This document shows positions 1-8,671 of a stretch of 64,000 nt of DNA, piece after piece (the first letter of the stretch is position 1; each line of letters begins with the position of its first letter). The notes under the pieces are model-generated. The model worked only from the letters and a program-made list of their open reading frames with translations, searched no databases and was not told the DNA's origin. The position numbers were made by a program, and so were the translations under genes. Source of the DNA: Acidimicrobiales bacterium (GTDB lineage: Bacteria; Actinomycetota; Acidimicrobiia; Acidimicrobiales; VFJN01); assembly GCA_035649475.1 (NCBI GenBank), contig DASRJM010000164.1:20521-84520 (forward strand), in the 5' to 3' direction.

Positions 1-60
1 CGGCCACCCCGGCGGGGTGCGGGGCGTCGACGGGGGTCCGGTGCCGGTGGGGGTCGTCAT
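1..60 (-). CDS. 5' end of an unidentified CDS that runs off the window
   Basis: Reverse-strand ATG at 60-58 shares one base with the MBOAT stop (ATGA coupling). It reads MTTPTGTGPPSTPRTPPGWP... and is too short to classify. Confidence 0.25.
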   Translation of the reverse strand, partial: MTTPTGTGPPSTPRTPPGWP

Positions 61-1499
61 CAGAACTGGAAGTAGATGAAGGGGGCGACGCCGTCGGGAC
101 CGAGGACGCTGATCAGCGTCAGCCCTGCGGCGAGCACCACGGCCTGCAGTGCCGGGTCGAGGGCGCCGAACCGCGCCCGCAGCCCGTCGGCGGACCGCCG
201 GGGCAGGAGCTGGACGGCGAGGGCGGCGCCGATGGTGGCGAGGGCCAGCCCGGTGATCAGCGTGGCCGGTCCGGCCGAGGCGGTGGCGATGCGGCCGATG
301 ATCTCGAAGGCGGTGCCCGTCGAGTCGGCCCGGAAGAACACCCAGGCCAGGCACACCAGGTTGAACGTGAGCAGCCAGCGCCCCACGGCCGCCAGGGGAC
401 GGGCGGCGACCGGCGCCCCCGCCCGGTCACCCCACCAGGCATGGACCACCCGCTCGCCCACGAGGTACGTCCCGTGGAGCCCACCCCAGATCACGAACTT
501 CCAGTCGGCCCCGTGCCACAGCCCGCCCAGCAGCATCGTCGCCATGATGTTGCGGTACGTGGTCGAGGTGCCGTGGCGGTTGCCGCCGAGCGGGATGTAC
601 ACATAGTCCCGCAGCCACCGCGCCAGGGTCATGTGCCAGCGGTGCCAGAAGTCCCGCACCGACAGCGCCGCGTACGGGGCGTCGAAGTTGCGGGGGAAGC
701 GGATGCCGAGCAGCAGCGCGCAGCCGATGGCGATGTCGGTGTAGCCCGAGAAGTCGGCGTAGATCTGGATCGCGTACGCGTACGTGCTGACCAGCAGCTC
801 GGTCCCGCTGCGGGTGCCCGGGGCGCCGTAGGCCGGGTCCACCAGCTGGGTGGCCAGGTAGCTCGAAACCACGACCTTCTTGAACAGGCCGAGCCCGATC
901 AGCGTGAGCGCCTCGGTCGCCGCCACCCGGCGGGGGTCCGGCCGGGCGTGGAACTGCGGCACCAGCTCGTCGACCCGCACGATCGGGCCGGCGACCAGGT
1001 GGGGGAAGAAGCTCATGTAGAGCAGCAGGTCGGCGTAGCCGATCGGCTCGATGTCGCCCCGGCCCACGTCGACCACGTAGCTGATGGCGTGGAAGGTGAA
1101 GAACGAGATCCCGACCGGCAACAGGATGCCGAGCACCGGAGTTGTCGGGTGGAGGCCGATGCCGGCCAGCGCGTCGGCCGCCGACTCGACGAAGAACCCG
1201 TGGTACCTGAACACGCCCAGCACCACCACGTTGGCGACGACCGCCACGCGCACGAGGCGCCGGCTCTCGGTCGTGGGCCGGCCCTCGGGCATGGCCCGGC
1301 GGGCGGCGACCGCCAGCGCCCAGTTCACCGTGGCCGAGCCGACCAGCACGAACACGAACCGCAGGTCGACCCAGCCGTAGAAGTAGAGGCTGAAGGCGAT
1401 CATCGTCGCCCGCCAGACCAGGAAGTGGGGGCGCAGCAGCCAGTTCACCGTGAAGGCGGCGAGGAAGAAGACCGCGAAGGCGACGGTGGGGAACAGCAT
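60..1499 (-). CDS. MBOAT family O-acyltransferase (AlgI/DltB-like)
   Basis: ORF 60..1649 trimmed to the ATG at 1499 (MLFPTVAFAVFF...). Polytopic membrane protein with an MBOAT His region: FWHRWHMTLARWLRDYVYIPLGGNRHG and GGLWHGA. Confidence 0.9.
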   Translation of the reverse strand: MLFPTVAFAVFFLAAFTVNWLLRPHFLVWRATMIAFSLYFYGWVDLRFVFVLVGSATVNWALAVAARRAMPEGRPTTESRRLVRVAVVANVVVLGVFRYHGFFVESAADALAGIGLHPTTPVLGILLPVGISFFTFHAISYVVDVGRGDIEPIGYADLLLYMSFFPHLVAGPIVRVDELVPQFHARPDPRRVAATEALTLIGLGLFKKVVVSSYLATQLVDPAYGAPGTRSGTELLVSTYAYAIQIYADFSGYTDIAIGCALLLGIRFPRNFDAPYAALSVRDFWHRWHMTLARWLRDYVYIPLGGNRHGTSTTYRNIMATMLLGGLWHGADWKFVIWGGLHGTYLVGERVVHAWWGDRAGAPVAARPLAAVGRWLLTFNLVCLAWVFFRADSTGTAFEIIGRIATASAGPATLITGLALATIGAALAVQLLPRRSADGLRARFGALDPALQAVVLAAGLTLISVLGPDGVAPFIYFQF

Positions 1500-1629
1500 G
1501 TTCGTCCCCAGGGGAGGCTGGCAGCTGACGTTCCGGCCGATCGTAGCGAGGCCCGTCGACGCCGCCGGGGATGCTTCGGGCCGTCCGGGACGACCGGCGT
1601 TCGGGGTCGACCAACTAGCGTGACCGGCC

Positions 1630-2055
1630 GTGGCACGAGCGGTCGTCATCTACGAGAGCCTCACCGGCAACACGGCCCGCGCGGCCCGGCTGATCGCCGA
1701 CGAGGTGGCGGCCCGGGGGGTCGAGGTGGTGGTCTACCCGATCACCGACATCGGCCTGAAGGACCTGGCCGAGGCGGACGTCGTGTTCGTCGGGACCTGG
1801 GTCGACGGCCTCGTGCTGTTCGGCCACCGACCCGGCCGGGCCGGGCGGATCAAGCACATGCCGGTCATCGACGGCAAGCGGGTTGCGGCCTTCATGACCT
1901 ACGCCATCCACGCCGGCAAGGCCCTCGACCGCTTCTCCCGCGTGCTGTCCGAGCGGGGGGCCGTCGTCGTGGCCCGGGGCCTGCTCAGGCGGGACCACCT
2001 GAGCCGGGGCATCGACGAGCTGGTGACCGAGGCGCTCGCCGCCGTCCCGGCCTGA
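1630..2055 (+). CDS. flavodoxin-domain protein
   Basis: 141 aa. N-terminal VVIYESLTGNTARAARLIA is a typical flavodoxin FMN-phosphate loop. Size fits a short-chain flavodoxin-like protein. Confidence 0.8.
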   Translation: MARAVVIYESLTGNTARAARLIADEVAARGVEVVVYPITDIGLKDLAEADVVFVGTWVDGLVLFGHRPGRAGRIKHMPVIDGKRVAAFMTYAIHAGKALDRFSRVLSERGAVVVARGLLRRDHLSRGIDELVTEALAAVPA

Positions 2056-2068
2056 GCGAGCGCGAGCT

Positions 2069-3250
2069 GTGCGCACGACCACCCGCCGCAACGTGCTGTG
2101 GGGCGTGGCGCTGATCGTCGCCCTCGCGGCGGTCGGGCTCGCCTACGTGCAGGAGGGCGACGACGTCGAGGCCGAACTGGTGCCGGTGCCCGGACCGAGC
2201 GCGCCGCCGTCCGGCGACGTCGGCGACGGCTGTGGCGACGCCGCGCTCACCGACCCCACCGACCTCGACATCGGGCGGGAGGTCGCCCGGTGCGCGTCGG
2301 GGTCGCCCGAGGCGGTGCCGCTGGCCCAGCCGGCCACCGTGCGGGTCGCGCTGGCCGACGGGACCCAGGCCGCGGCCCCGCTGCTGGTGGCCGAGGCCGA
2401 GGGCGAGTTCGAGGCCGAGAACCTGACCGTCGAGATCGTGGAGATGCTCCAGCCCGACGCCTACGCGGCCATGGCCCGGGGCGAGATCGACGCGGTCGTC
2501 GGCACCATCGACGCCCCGTTCCTCGAGGGCGTGCACGACGGCAGCGCCGCCCGCCTGGTGCTCGGTGGCCCGCTGGCCCGGGCGCCCGGCGACCTGGACG
2601 TGCCCCAGGCCGGGCTGTGGGCCCGGACCGAGGTGCTGCCGGACCCGGACGAGTGGCGGAGCGTGGAGGGCCAGGCCGTGGCGGTCAGCGGGGGCCGGGG
2701 CAGCGGCGCCCTGTACCCGATCGGGCTGGCGCTCGACCAGGAGTCGCTCGACCTGAACGTGGTCGACTTCGTGCCCTCGTCGTCCGCGGACGCCGTACAG
2801 CGCCTCCGCGACGCCAGCGTCAGCATGGCCTGGCTGCCCGAGCCCGAGGCCGCGGCGGTGGCCGGCGACGAGGGACTGATGCAGCTGGCCACGTTCCCGG
2901 CCAGCGAGGCCATCGACGGCACGGTCTTCGGCGCTCGCCTGCTGGGCGCCGACCGGGCGGTGGGGGTCGCCTACGTGCGGGCCGTCGTCCGGTCGATCAA
3001 CACCTGGCTGGCCGACGGCTGGAGCGACGAGGCGGTGGCCGCCGTGGCCGACGCCAGTGGCGACGACGAGGCCCGCGTCCGGGCCGGGCCGGGCCCGCTG
3101 TTCGACTGGGAGGTCCGCGCGGGCACGACCACCCGCATCCAGGACGCGCTGGCCGTGGTGGGCGGCATCCGCTACGAGGAGGCGCTGCCCGACGAGGCGC
3201 TCGTCGACCGCAGCCTCTACCGGGAGGCGGTCGGGGCGCCGGCCGTTTGA
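2069..3250 (+). CDS. membrane-anchored or secreted solute-binding protein (NMT1/SsuA-like, putative)
   Basis: 393 aa. N-terminal TM or signal segment (VLWGVALIVALAAVGLA), Pro/Gly linker, then a periplasmic-binding-protein-like body. No permease or ATPase gene lies adjacent. Confidence 0.5.
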   Translation: MRTTTRRNVLWGVALIVALAAVGLAYVQEGDDVEAELVPVPGPSAPPSGDVGDGCGDAALTDPTDLDIGREVARCASGSPEAVPLAQPATVRVALADGTQAAAPLLVAEAEGEFEAENLTVEIVEMLQPDAYAAMARGEIDAVVGTIDAPFLEGVHDGSAARLVLGGPLARAPGDLDVPQAGLWARTEVLPDPDEWRSVEGQAVAVSGGRGSGALYPIGLALDQESLDLNVVDFVPSSSADAVQRLRDASVSMAWLPEPEAAAVAGDEGLMQLATFPASEAIDGTVFGARLLGADRAVGVAYVRAVVRSINTWLADGWSDEAVAAVADASGDDEARVRAGPGPLFDWEVRAGTTTRIQDALAVVGGIRYEEALPDEALVDRSLYREAVGAPAV

Positions 3251-3251
3251 G

Positions 3252-4424
3252 TCAGGCCTGGCGGGCCCACGACCACGGGTAGTCCGCGTCCTCGCAGTCC
3301 CGGGCCGCGTCCGCCAGCAGGAGCGGGCGGAACGTGTCGATCATCACGGCCAGCTCGCTCGTCCTCTCCTGGCCGAGCGACCGCTCCACGGAGCCCGGCT
3401 GGGGGCCGTGGGTGAAGCCGGCGGGGTGCAGGCTGATCGACCCGGCGCCGATGCCCGAGCCCTGCCGGCTCGTGAAGTCGCCGTCGCAGTAGTAGAGGAC
3501 CTCGTCGCTGTCGACGTTGGCGTGGTTGTACGGCGACGGCACCGCCAGGGGGTGGTAGTCGAGCTTGCGAGGCACGAAGCTGCAGACCACGAAGTGCGGG
3601 CCGGCGAAGGTCTGGTGGACCGGCGGCGGCTGGTGGACCCGGCCGGTGATCGGCTCGAAGTCGTGGATCGACAGCCGGTACGGGTAGAGGCAGCCGTCCC
3701 AACCGATGACGTCGAAGGGGTGGTGGGCGTAGTGGTAGCGCGTGAGCCCGGCCCGCTGGCGCACGAGGACGTCCACCGGCTCGCCCGGGTCGTCGGAGAT
3801 CAGGGGCTCGGTCGGGGCATGGAGGTCGCGCTCGCAGTAGGGGCTGTGCTCGAGGAACTGGCCCGTGGCCGACATGTACCTGGCCGGCGCGCCCACGTGG
3901 CCGCGGGCCTCGATGACGAGGGCCTGGACAGGATCGTCCCCGGTCGGCACCCAGCGGTGGGTCGTGCCGGTGGGAACGACGACGTAGTCGCCGGCCCCGG
4001 CGTCGAGGGCGCCGAACGACGATTCCAGCCGGGCGAACCCGGTGCGGAGGTAGACGACCTCGTCGCCGGTGGCGTTGCGGTACAGGCCGCTGGGCCCGGT
4101 GGGCCGGGCGACGGACAGGCGCACGTCGTCGTTGGCCAGCAGCAGGTGGCGGCCGATCACCAGGTCGGCGCTCTCGGGCAGGTCGCTCGTGCGCAGGTGG
4201 CGGGGGAGGAGTGGCTCGTTGGGCCGCAGGTCGGCGCCGGCCGCACCGTTCACGGACTCCGCCCCGACGATCGCGGTGGGCGGGCGCCGGTGGTACAGCA
4301 GCGACGAGGACGACGAGAACCCCTCCGAGCCCATCAGCTCCTCGGCGTAGAGGTCGCCGTCGGGCGAGCGGAACTGGGTGTGACGCTTGGGCGGGATGTC
4401 ACCGACCCGCTGGTAGTGGGGCAT
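3252..4424 (-). CDS. hmgA: homogentisate 1,2-dioxygenase (short Bacillus/actinobacterial type)
   Basis: 390 aa. The N-terminus MPHYQRVGDIPPKRHTQFRSPDGDLYAEELMGSEGFSS matches the conserved HGD N-terminus. Neighbours are an IclR regulator and fahA. Confidence 0.9.
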   Translation of the reverse strand: MPHYQRVGDIPPKRHTQFRSPDGDLYAEELMGSEGFSSSSSLLYHRRPPTAIVGAESVNGAAGADLRPNEPLLPRHLRTSDLPESADLVIGRHLLLANDDVRLSVARPTGPSGLYRNATGDEVVYLRTGFARLESSFGALDAGAGDYVVVPTGTTHRWVPTGDDPVQALVIEARGHVGAPARYMSATGQFLEHSPYCERDLHAPTEPLISDDPGEPVDVLVRQRAGLTRYHYAHHPFDVIGWDGCLYPYRLSIHDFEPITGRVHQPPPVHQTFAGPHFVVCSFVPRKLDYHPLAVPSPYNHANVDSDEVLYYCDGDFTSRQGSGIGAGSISLHPAGFTHGPQPGSVERSLGQERTSELAVMIDTFRPLLLADAARDCEDADYPWSWARQA

Positions 4425-5106
4425 CGCGTCCTCCTCGGTGGGATGGGGGAGACGGCGCCGGCCGCCGGGCCGGCGCGTCGCGGGCGAGGGCCAGGCTGAT
4501 CCGGCGGGCGGCCTCGGTGACCGCGGCCGCGGCCACGTCGTCGTCGGGAAACCGGTGCTCGGGCGTGACCAGGGCGACGCTGGCCTGGGGCCGGCCGTCG
4601 ACGCCCACCACGGTGGCGGCGACTCCCCGGACCCCGGCCTCCAGCTCGCCCCGGGAGAACACCGCGCCCGTGCCGTCGGCCCGCAGGGCCCGCCCGCCGG
4701 CGCCGAGATCCACCGGGTGGCGGGTGCCGGTCCGGTAGTGGACCTGGACGACGCCGGCGGCGCCCATCACCTGGTCGACGACGACGGCCTCGTCGCCGTC
4801 GCGGACGGTGAGCACGGCGGTCTCCCCGAACCGGGCTGCCAGCGCCTCGAGCTCGGTGCGGGCCAGGGCGCGGAGCTGGGGCTCGATCCCGGCGGCCAGC
4901 GCCAGCAGGCCGAGCCCCGGCCGCCAGCCCTGGTCGGTCCGGCGGGCGAGCCCGTGGGCCTCGAGCGTGGCGAGCATCCGGGCCACGGCCGTGCGCGACA
5001 TGCCGAGCACCCGGGACAGCGAGGCGGCCGTCGGCTCGCCGTCCTGGTCGGCGAGCAGCGTCAGCAACGTCAACGCGGCATCGACGGTCTTGGACTGCTC
5101 GGCCAC
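4399..5106 (-). CDS. IclR family transcriptional regulator (HmgR-like)
   Basis: 235 aa. N-terminal winged HTH (TAASLSRVLGMSRTAVARMLATLEAHGLARR) plus an IclR effector domain. Its 3' end overlaps the hmgA start by 26 nt. Confidence 0.85.
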   Translation of the reverse strand: MAEQSKTVDAALTLLTLLADQDGEPTAASLSRVLGMSRTAVARMLATLEAHGLARRTDQGWRPGLGLLALAAGIEPQLRALARTELEALAARFGETAVLTVRDGDEAVVVDQVMGAAGVVQVHYRTGTRHPVDLGAGGRALRADGTGAVFSRGELEAGVRGVAATVVGVDGRPQASVALVTPEHRFPDDDVAAAAVTEAARRISLALARDAPARRPAPSPPSHRGGRDAPLPAGR

Positions 5107-5142
5107 CGGCGGCTCCGGAGCGGGGCGGGACGGGACGAGGCC

Positions 5143-5225
5143 GGTCCGACAGAGCGGACCGTCACGCCCTGCTTCCCCTCGGTAATGTCTTGTTCCAATT
5201 CCGTGACGGGAGGCGCTGACGCCTC
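5143..5225. promoter_or_regulatory. cluster of inverted repeats in the iclR-hmgA / unknown-fahA divergent intergenic region (candidate IclR operator or promoters)
   Basis: GGTCCG-N6-CGGACC (5143-5160), GTCACG...CGTGAC (5161-5166 / 5202-5207) flanking an AT-richer core GGTAATGTCTTGTTCCAATTCC, and GAGGCG-CTGA-CGCCTC (5210-5225). Confidence 0.3.
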
Positions 5226-5248
5226 GGTCACCGATGGGCGGACACTAA

Positions 5249-5265
5249 CCTCCGCTTTCCGGAGG
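5249..5265 (+). promoter_or_regulatory. hairpin able to sequester the GGAGG ribosome-binding site of the gene upstream of fahA
   Basis: CCTCCG (5249-5254), loop CTTTC, CGGAGG (5260-5265). The 3' arm contains the only Shine-Dalgarno-like element before the TTG at 5274 and the GTG at 5265. Confidence 0.3.
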
Positions 5266-6041
5266 TGCAAAGGTTGCCAAGCCCCCTCTACGCGGTTCTC
5301 GAGCGCCTTTTCGACGACGGATCCCTGTTCCCCCCGGCCAGCCGGACGATGGCGGAGGCCCTGCACGCCTACGCGGACGTGGCGTCGGGGCCGCATCGCC
5401 GCGTGGCCGGACCGTTCCTGTGCCCGGCCACCCGCCTGCCCGAGCTGGCAGCGTGCGTGGCCGGCGGCGTCCCGGCGCCCGAGGCGATCGGGGTCGTCGG
5501 CTACAACGGCTCGTCGGGATGGCGCCAGGTGTTCACGACCCCCGGCCTGGTCCACGTCGAGACCCCGGCCGGCGCCCAGTTGCCGCTGTCGCCCGGGCGG
5601 GTCCGCCGCTACGTCGACGTCGGCCCGCAGGACGACCTCGCCTCCGCCCTCGACGCCATCGCCGAGGCCGGCCACCGGGTGAAGGTGCGCGCCAGTGGCC
5701 CGAGCCGCTACGCCGTGCCGACGAGCGAGTGGCTGGCGGCGGTGCTGGTGGGCTGCCACGAGCGCAAGCTCGTGCTCAAGGCCGCCGGCGACATCCACCG
5801 GCCCTTTCGGGAGTCCGGCGACACCGGGCCCCGCCACGGGTTCGTCAACCTGCTGGCCGCAGCGGCTGCCACCCGCAGCGGCGCATCGCCCCCCGCGGTG
5901 GCCGAGGTGCTGTCCGCGGAGGGCGCGGACGCCGCGCCCCTCGTGGACCGCGTCGGCGGCTCCCGGGAGTTGGTGGCGTCGGTGACCACGCCCTCGGTCG
6001 ACGACCCGGTGCGGGAGCTGACGGCGCGGGGCCTGCTGTGA
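5265..6041 (+). CDS. hypothetical protein, translationally coupled to fahA
   Basis: 258-aa ORF with coding-like composition and no motif I recognise. Its stop overlaps the fahA GTG (GTGA at 6038-6041). A TTG at 5274, 8 nt after GGAGG (5261-5265), is a more likely start than the GTG at 5265. Confidence 0.6.
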   Translation: MQRLPSPLYAVLERLFDDGSLFPPASRTMAEALHAYADVASGPHRRVAGPFLCPATRLPELAACVAGGVPAPEAIGVVGYNGSSGWRQVFTTPGLVHVETPAGAQLPLSPGRVRRYVDVGPQDDLASALDAIAEAGHRVKVRASGPSRYAVPTSEWLAAVLVGCHERKLVLKAAGDIHRPFRESGDTGPRHGFVNLLAAAAATRSGASPPAVAEVLSAEGADAAPLVDRVGGSRELVASVTTPSVDDPVRELTARGLL

Positions 6042-7273
6042 CGCCGGGGTCCTGGGTCCCGGGCGCCGACGGCTCCGGGTTCGGGGCCGGACACCTGCCC
6101 TACGGCGTGTTCTCGACCGGCGGCGGGGCCCGGGGGCCGGGCGTGCGCATCGGCGACCGGGTCCTCGACCTGGCCCGGTTGGCCGCGGCCGACGCGGGCG
6201 GGCTCGGCGCGTGGGCCGAACCGCTGGGCGCCCCGTCGCTCACCCCGCTGCTGGCGGCCGGGCCCGCGGCGTGGGCCGACGTGCGGGCGCTGCTCACCGA
6301 GCTGGTGACGTCTCCGGGCGACCGGCCCGCCGTCGAGCCGGCGCTGGTGCCGCTGGCGGACGCGACGCTGCACCTGCCGTTCGAGGTGGCCGACTACGTC
6401 GACTTCTACAGCTCGATCGAGCACGCCACGAACCTCGGCCGGCTGTTCCGCCCCGACGCCGAGCCGCTGCTCCCCAACTGGCGGCACCTGCCGGTCGCCT
6501 ACCACGGCCGGGCTGGCTCGGTCGTCGTGTCGGGGACGCCGATCGCCCGGCCCGCCGGCCAGCGCCGGGTGGGCGACGAGGTGGCGTTCGGCCCCAGCGC
6601 CCGGCTCGACATCGAGCTGGAGGTGGGCTTCGTGGTGGGCGTGCCCTCCGAGCTCGGCCGGCCGGTGCCGGTGGCGGACGCGCCGGCCCACGTGTTCGGG
6701 CTGGCGCTGGTCAACGACTGGTCGGCCCGGGACATCCAGGCCTGGGAGTACCAGCCGCTCGGTCCCTTCCTGGGCAAGTCGTTCGCCACCACGCTCGCCG
6801 CCTGGATCACGCCGCTGGACGCGGTCGCGGCCTGCCGCGTGCCCGGCCCGGTCCAGGACCCGGCGCCGCTGCCCTACCTGCGCCGGGTCGAGAACTGGGG
6901 CCTGGCGCTCGACCTGTCGGTCGCCCTGGCCCCGGCCGGGGGCGAGGGCGAGGAGGTGGTGAGCCGCACGTCGTTCGCCGGCCTCTACTGGCAGATGCCC
7001 CAGCAGGTCGCTCACATGACCGTCAACGGTGCGCCGCTGCGGACGGGCGACCTGTTCGCGTCGGGCACGGTGTCGGGCGCCGACCCGGGCAGCCAGGGCA
7101 GCCTGATCGAGCTGACCCGCAACGGCGCCGAGCCGCTGGCGGTGGCCGGGGTCGAGCGCACCTTCCTGGAGGACGGCGACGAGGTCGTGCTGCGGGCCTC
7201 GGCGACGCTGCCGGGCGGCGAGGTGCTCGCCCTGGGCGAGGCGCGGGGCCGGATCGTTCCGGCGCCCGCCTGA
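6038..7273 (+). CDS. fahA: fumarylacetoacetase
   Basis: In-frame part of ORF 5420..7273, starting at the GTG at 6038 (VTPGSWVPGADGSGFGAGHLPYGVFS). Contains the FAH motif DYVDFYSSIEHATNLG. Length is about 411 aa. Confidence 0.9.
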   Translation: MTPGSWVPGADGSGFGAGHLPYGVFSTGGGARGPGVRIGDRVLDLARLAAADAGGLGAWAEPLGAPSLTPLLAAGPAAWADVRALLTELVTSPGDRPAVEPALVPLADATLHLPFEVADYVDFYSSIEHATNLGRLFRPDAEPLLPNWRHLPVAYHGRAGSVVVSGTPIARPAGQRRVGDEVAFGPSARLDIELEVGFVVGVPSELGRPVPVADAPAHVFGLALVNDWSARDIQAWEYQPLGPFLGKSFATTLAAWITPLDAVAACRVPGPVQDPAPLPYLRRVENWGLALDLSVALAPAGGEGEEVVSRTSFAGLYWQMPQQVAHMTVNGAPLRTGDLFASGTVSGADPGSQGSLIELTRNGAEPLAVAGVERTFLEDGDEVVLRASATLPGGEVLALGEARGRIVPAPA

Positions 7274-7291
7274 GCGCGCCCCGCCCGTAGC

Positions 7292-8668
7292 GTGGCGGGC
7301 GTGCGTCCCCCGCCCGCCGCCGCGTTCGTGTCCGGTTGCCGTGAGGCGCTCGGTGACGACCACGTCCTCACGGATCCCGACGTCACCGCCGGCTACGCCG
7401 TGGACTGGACCGGGCGGTTCCGGGGCCAGGCGCCGGCCGTCCTCCGGCCCGGGACCACCGCCGAGGTCGCGGCGGTAGTGGGCCTGGCCCGCCGGCACCG
7501 GGTGGCGCTCGTGCCCCAGGGCGGCAACACCGGCCTGGTGGGCGGTGGGGTCCCGTTGGTCGGCGAGGTCGTGGTCAGCCTCGGGCGCTTCGGTGATGTC
7601 GAGGTCGACGGGCTGGCGTCCCAGGCCACCGCGGGCGCCGGCGTGACCCTGGCGGCGCTCCAGGCCGCGGCGGGGGACGCGGGGCTGGCGTTCGGCGTCG
7701 ACCTCGGCGCCCGGGACTCGGCCACGGTCGGCGGGATGGTGGCCACCAACGCCGGGGGCGTGCGGGTCCTGCGCTATGGCGCCATGCGTGCCCAGGTGGT
7801 CGGGCTGGAGGCCGTGCTCGGCACCGGCGAGGTCGTCAGCCGGCTGTCGGGGCTCGTGAAGGACAACACGGGCTACGACCTGGCGCAGCTGCTGTGCGGC
7901 AGCGAGGGCACCCTCGGCGTCGTCACGGCCGCCCGGCTGCGCCTGGTCCCGCCGCCGGCCCGGGTGGTCACCGCGCTGGTCGGGATGGAGACCGTCGCCG
8001 GCGCGGTCGAGGCCGCCGCCGGCCTGCGTCGGGACGTGGCCGGGGTGTCGGCCCTCGAGCTGATGACCGGCCCGAGCCTGCGCCTCGTCGCCGACCACCT
8101 GGGCGCGCCGCCGCCGGTGGCGCCCGAGGCCGGGGCCTACCTGCTCGTGGAGGCCGACGGCCCGGGCGACCCGGTGCCGGCGCTGGCCGCCGCCCTCGAC
8201 GGACGGGACGGCGTGATCGACGCCGCGGTCGCGACCGAGCGGGCCGACCGGGCCAGGCTGTGGCGATGGCGCGAGGCCCACTCCGAGGCCGGCGGGGCGC
8301 TGGGCGTGGTCCACAAGCTGGACGTCACGCTGCCGACCGCGGGGCTGGCGGCCTTCTGCGCCGACGTGGTCGAGCGTCTCACGGCCGCCCGGCCCGGGGC
8401 GCGCACGCTGCTGTTCGGCCACGTCGGCGACGGCAACGTCCACGTCAACGTCGTGGGGCCGCCGGCCGACGACCACGGGGTCGACGACCTGGTGCTCGGC
8501 CTGGTGGTCGAGTCCGGCGGCTCGATCAGCGCCGAGCACGGCATCGGCACGGTCAAGAAGGCCTGGCTGGACCGCGACCGCTCGCCCGAGGAGGTCCACG
8601 CCATGCGGGCCGTGAAGCGGGCCCTGGACCCCGACGGGATCCTCAACCCGAACGTGCTGTTCCTCTAG
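7292..8668 (+). CDS. FAD-linked oxidase (GlcD / D-2-hydroxyacid dehydrogenase family)
   Basis: 458 aa with the FAD_binding_4 motif VALVPQGGNTGLVGG and a C-terminal FAD-oxidase_C-like region (SAEHGIG). Confidence 0.85.
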   Translation: MAGVRPPPAAAFVSGCREALGDDHVLTDPDVTAGYAVDWTGRFRGQAPAVLRPGTTAEVAAVVGLARRHRVALVPQGGNTGLVGGGVPLVGEVVVSLGRFGDVEVDGLASQATAGAGVTLAALQAAAGDAGLAFGVDLGARDSATVGGMVATNAGGVRVLRYGAMRAQVVGLEAVLGTGEVVSRLSGLVKDNTGYDLAQLLCGSEGTLGVVTAARLRLVPPPARVVTALVGMETVAGAVEAAAGLRRDVAGVSALELMTGPSLRLVADHLGAPPPVAPEAGAYLLVEADGPGDPVPALAAALDGRDGVIDAAVATERADRARLWRWREAHSEAGGALGVVHKLDVTLPTAGLAAFCADVVERLTAARPGARTLLFGHVGDGNVHVNVVGPPADDHGVDDLVLGLVVESGGSISAEHGIGTVKKAWLDRDRSPEEVHAMRAVKRALDPDGILNPNVLFL

Positions 8669-8671
8669 GCG

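Noticed and set aside
5708-8599. 963-aa ORF on the minus strand, and similar giant ORFs: 8643..11024, 11394..13142 (upstream part), 12193..14346, 15062..17131, 41838..43811, 44096..46414, 47001..49811, 49657..52539, 53090..55075, 60791..62704
   Set aside because: They are antisense or out of frame to CDS with clear family motifs. Their translations are monotonous Arg/Gly/Pro/Ala strings, typical of non-coding frames in very GC-rich DNA. None carries a recognisable motif.
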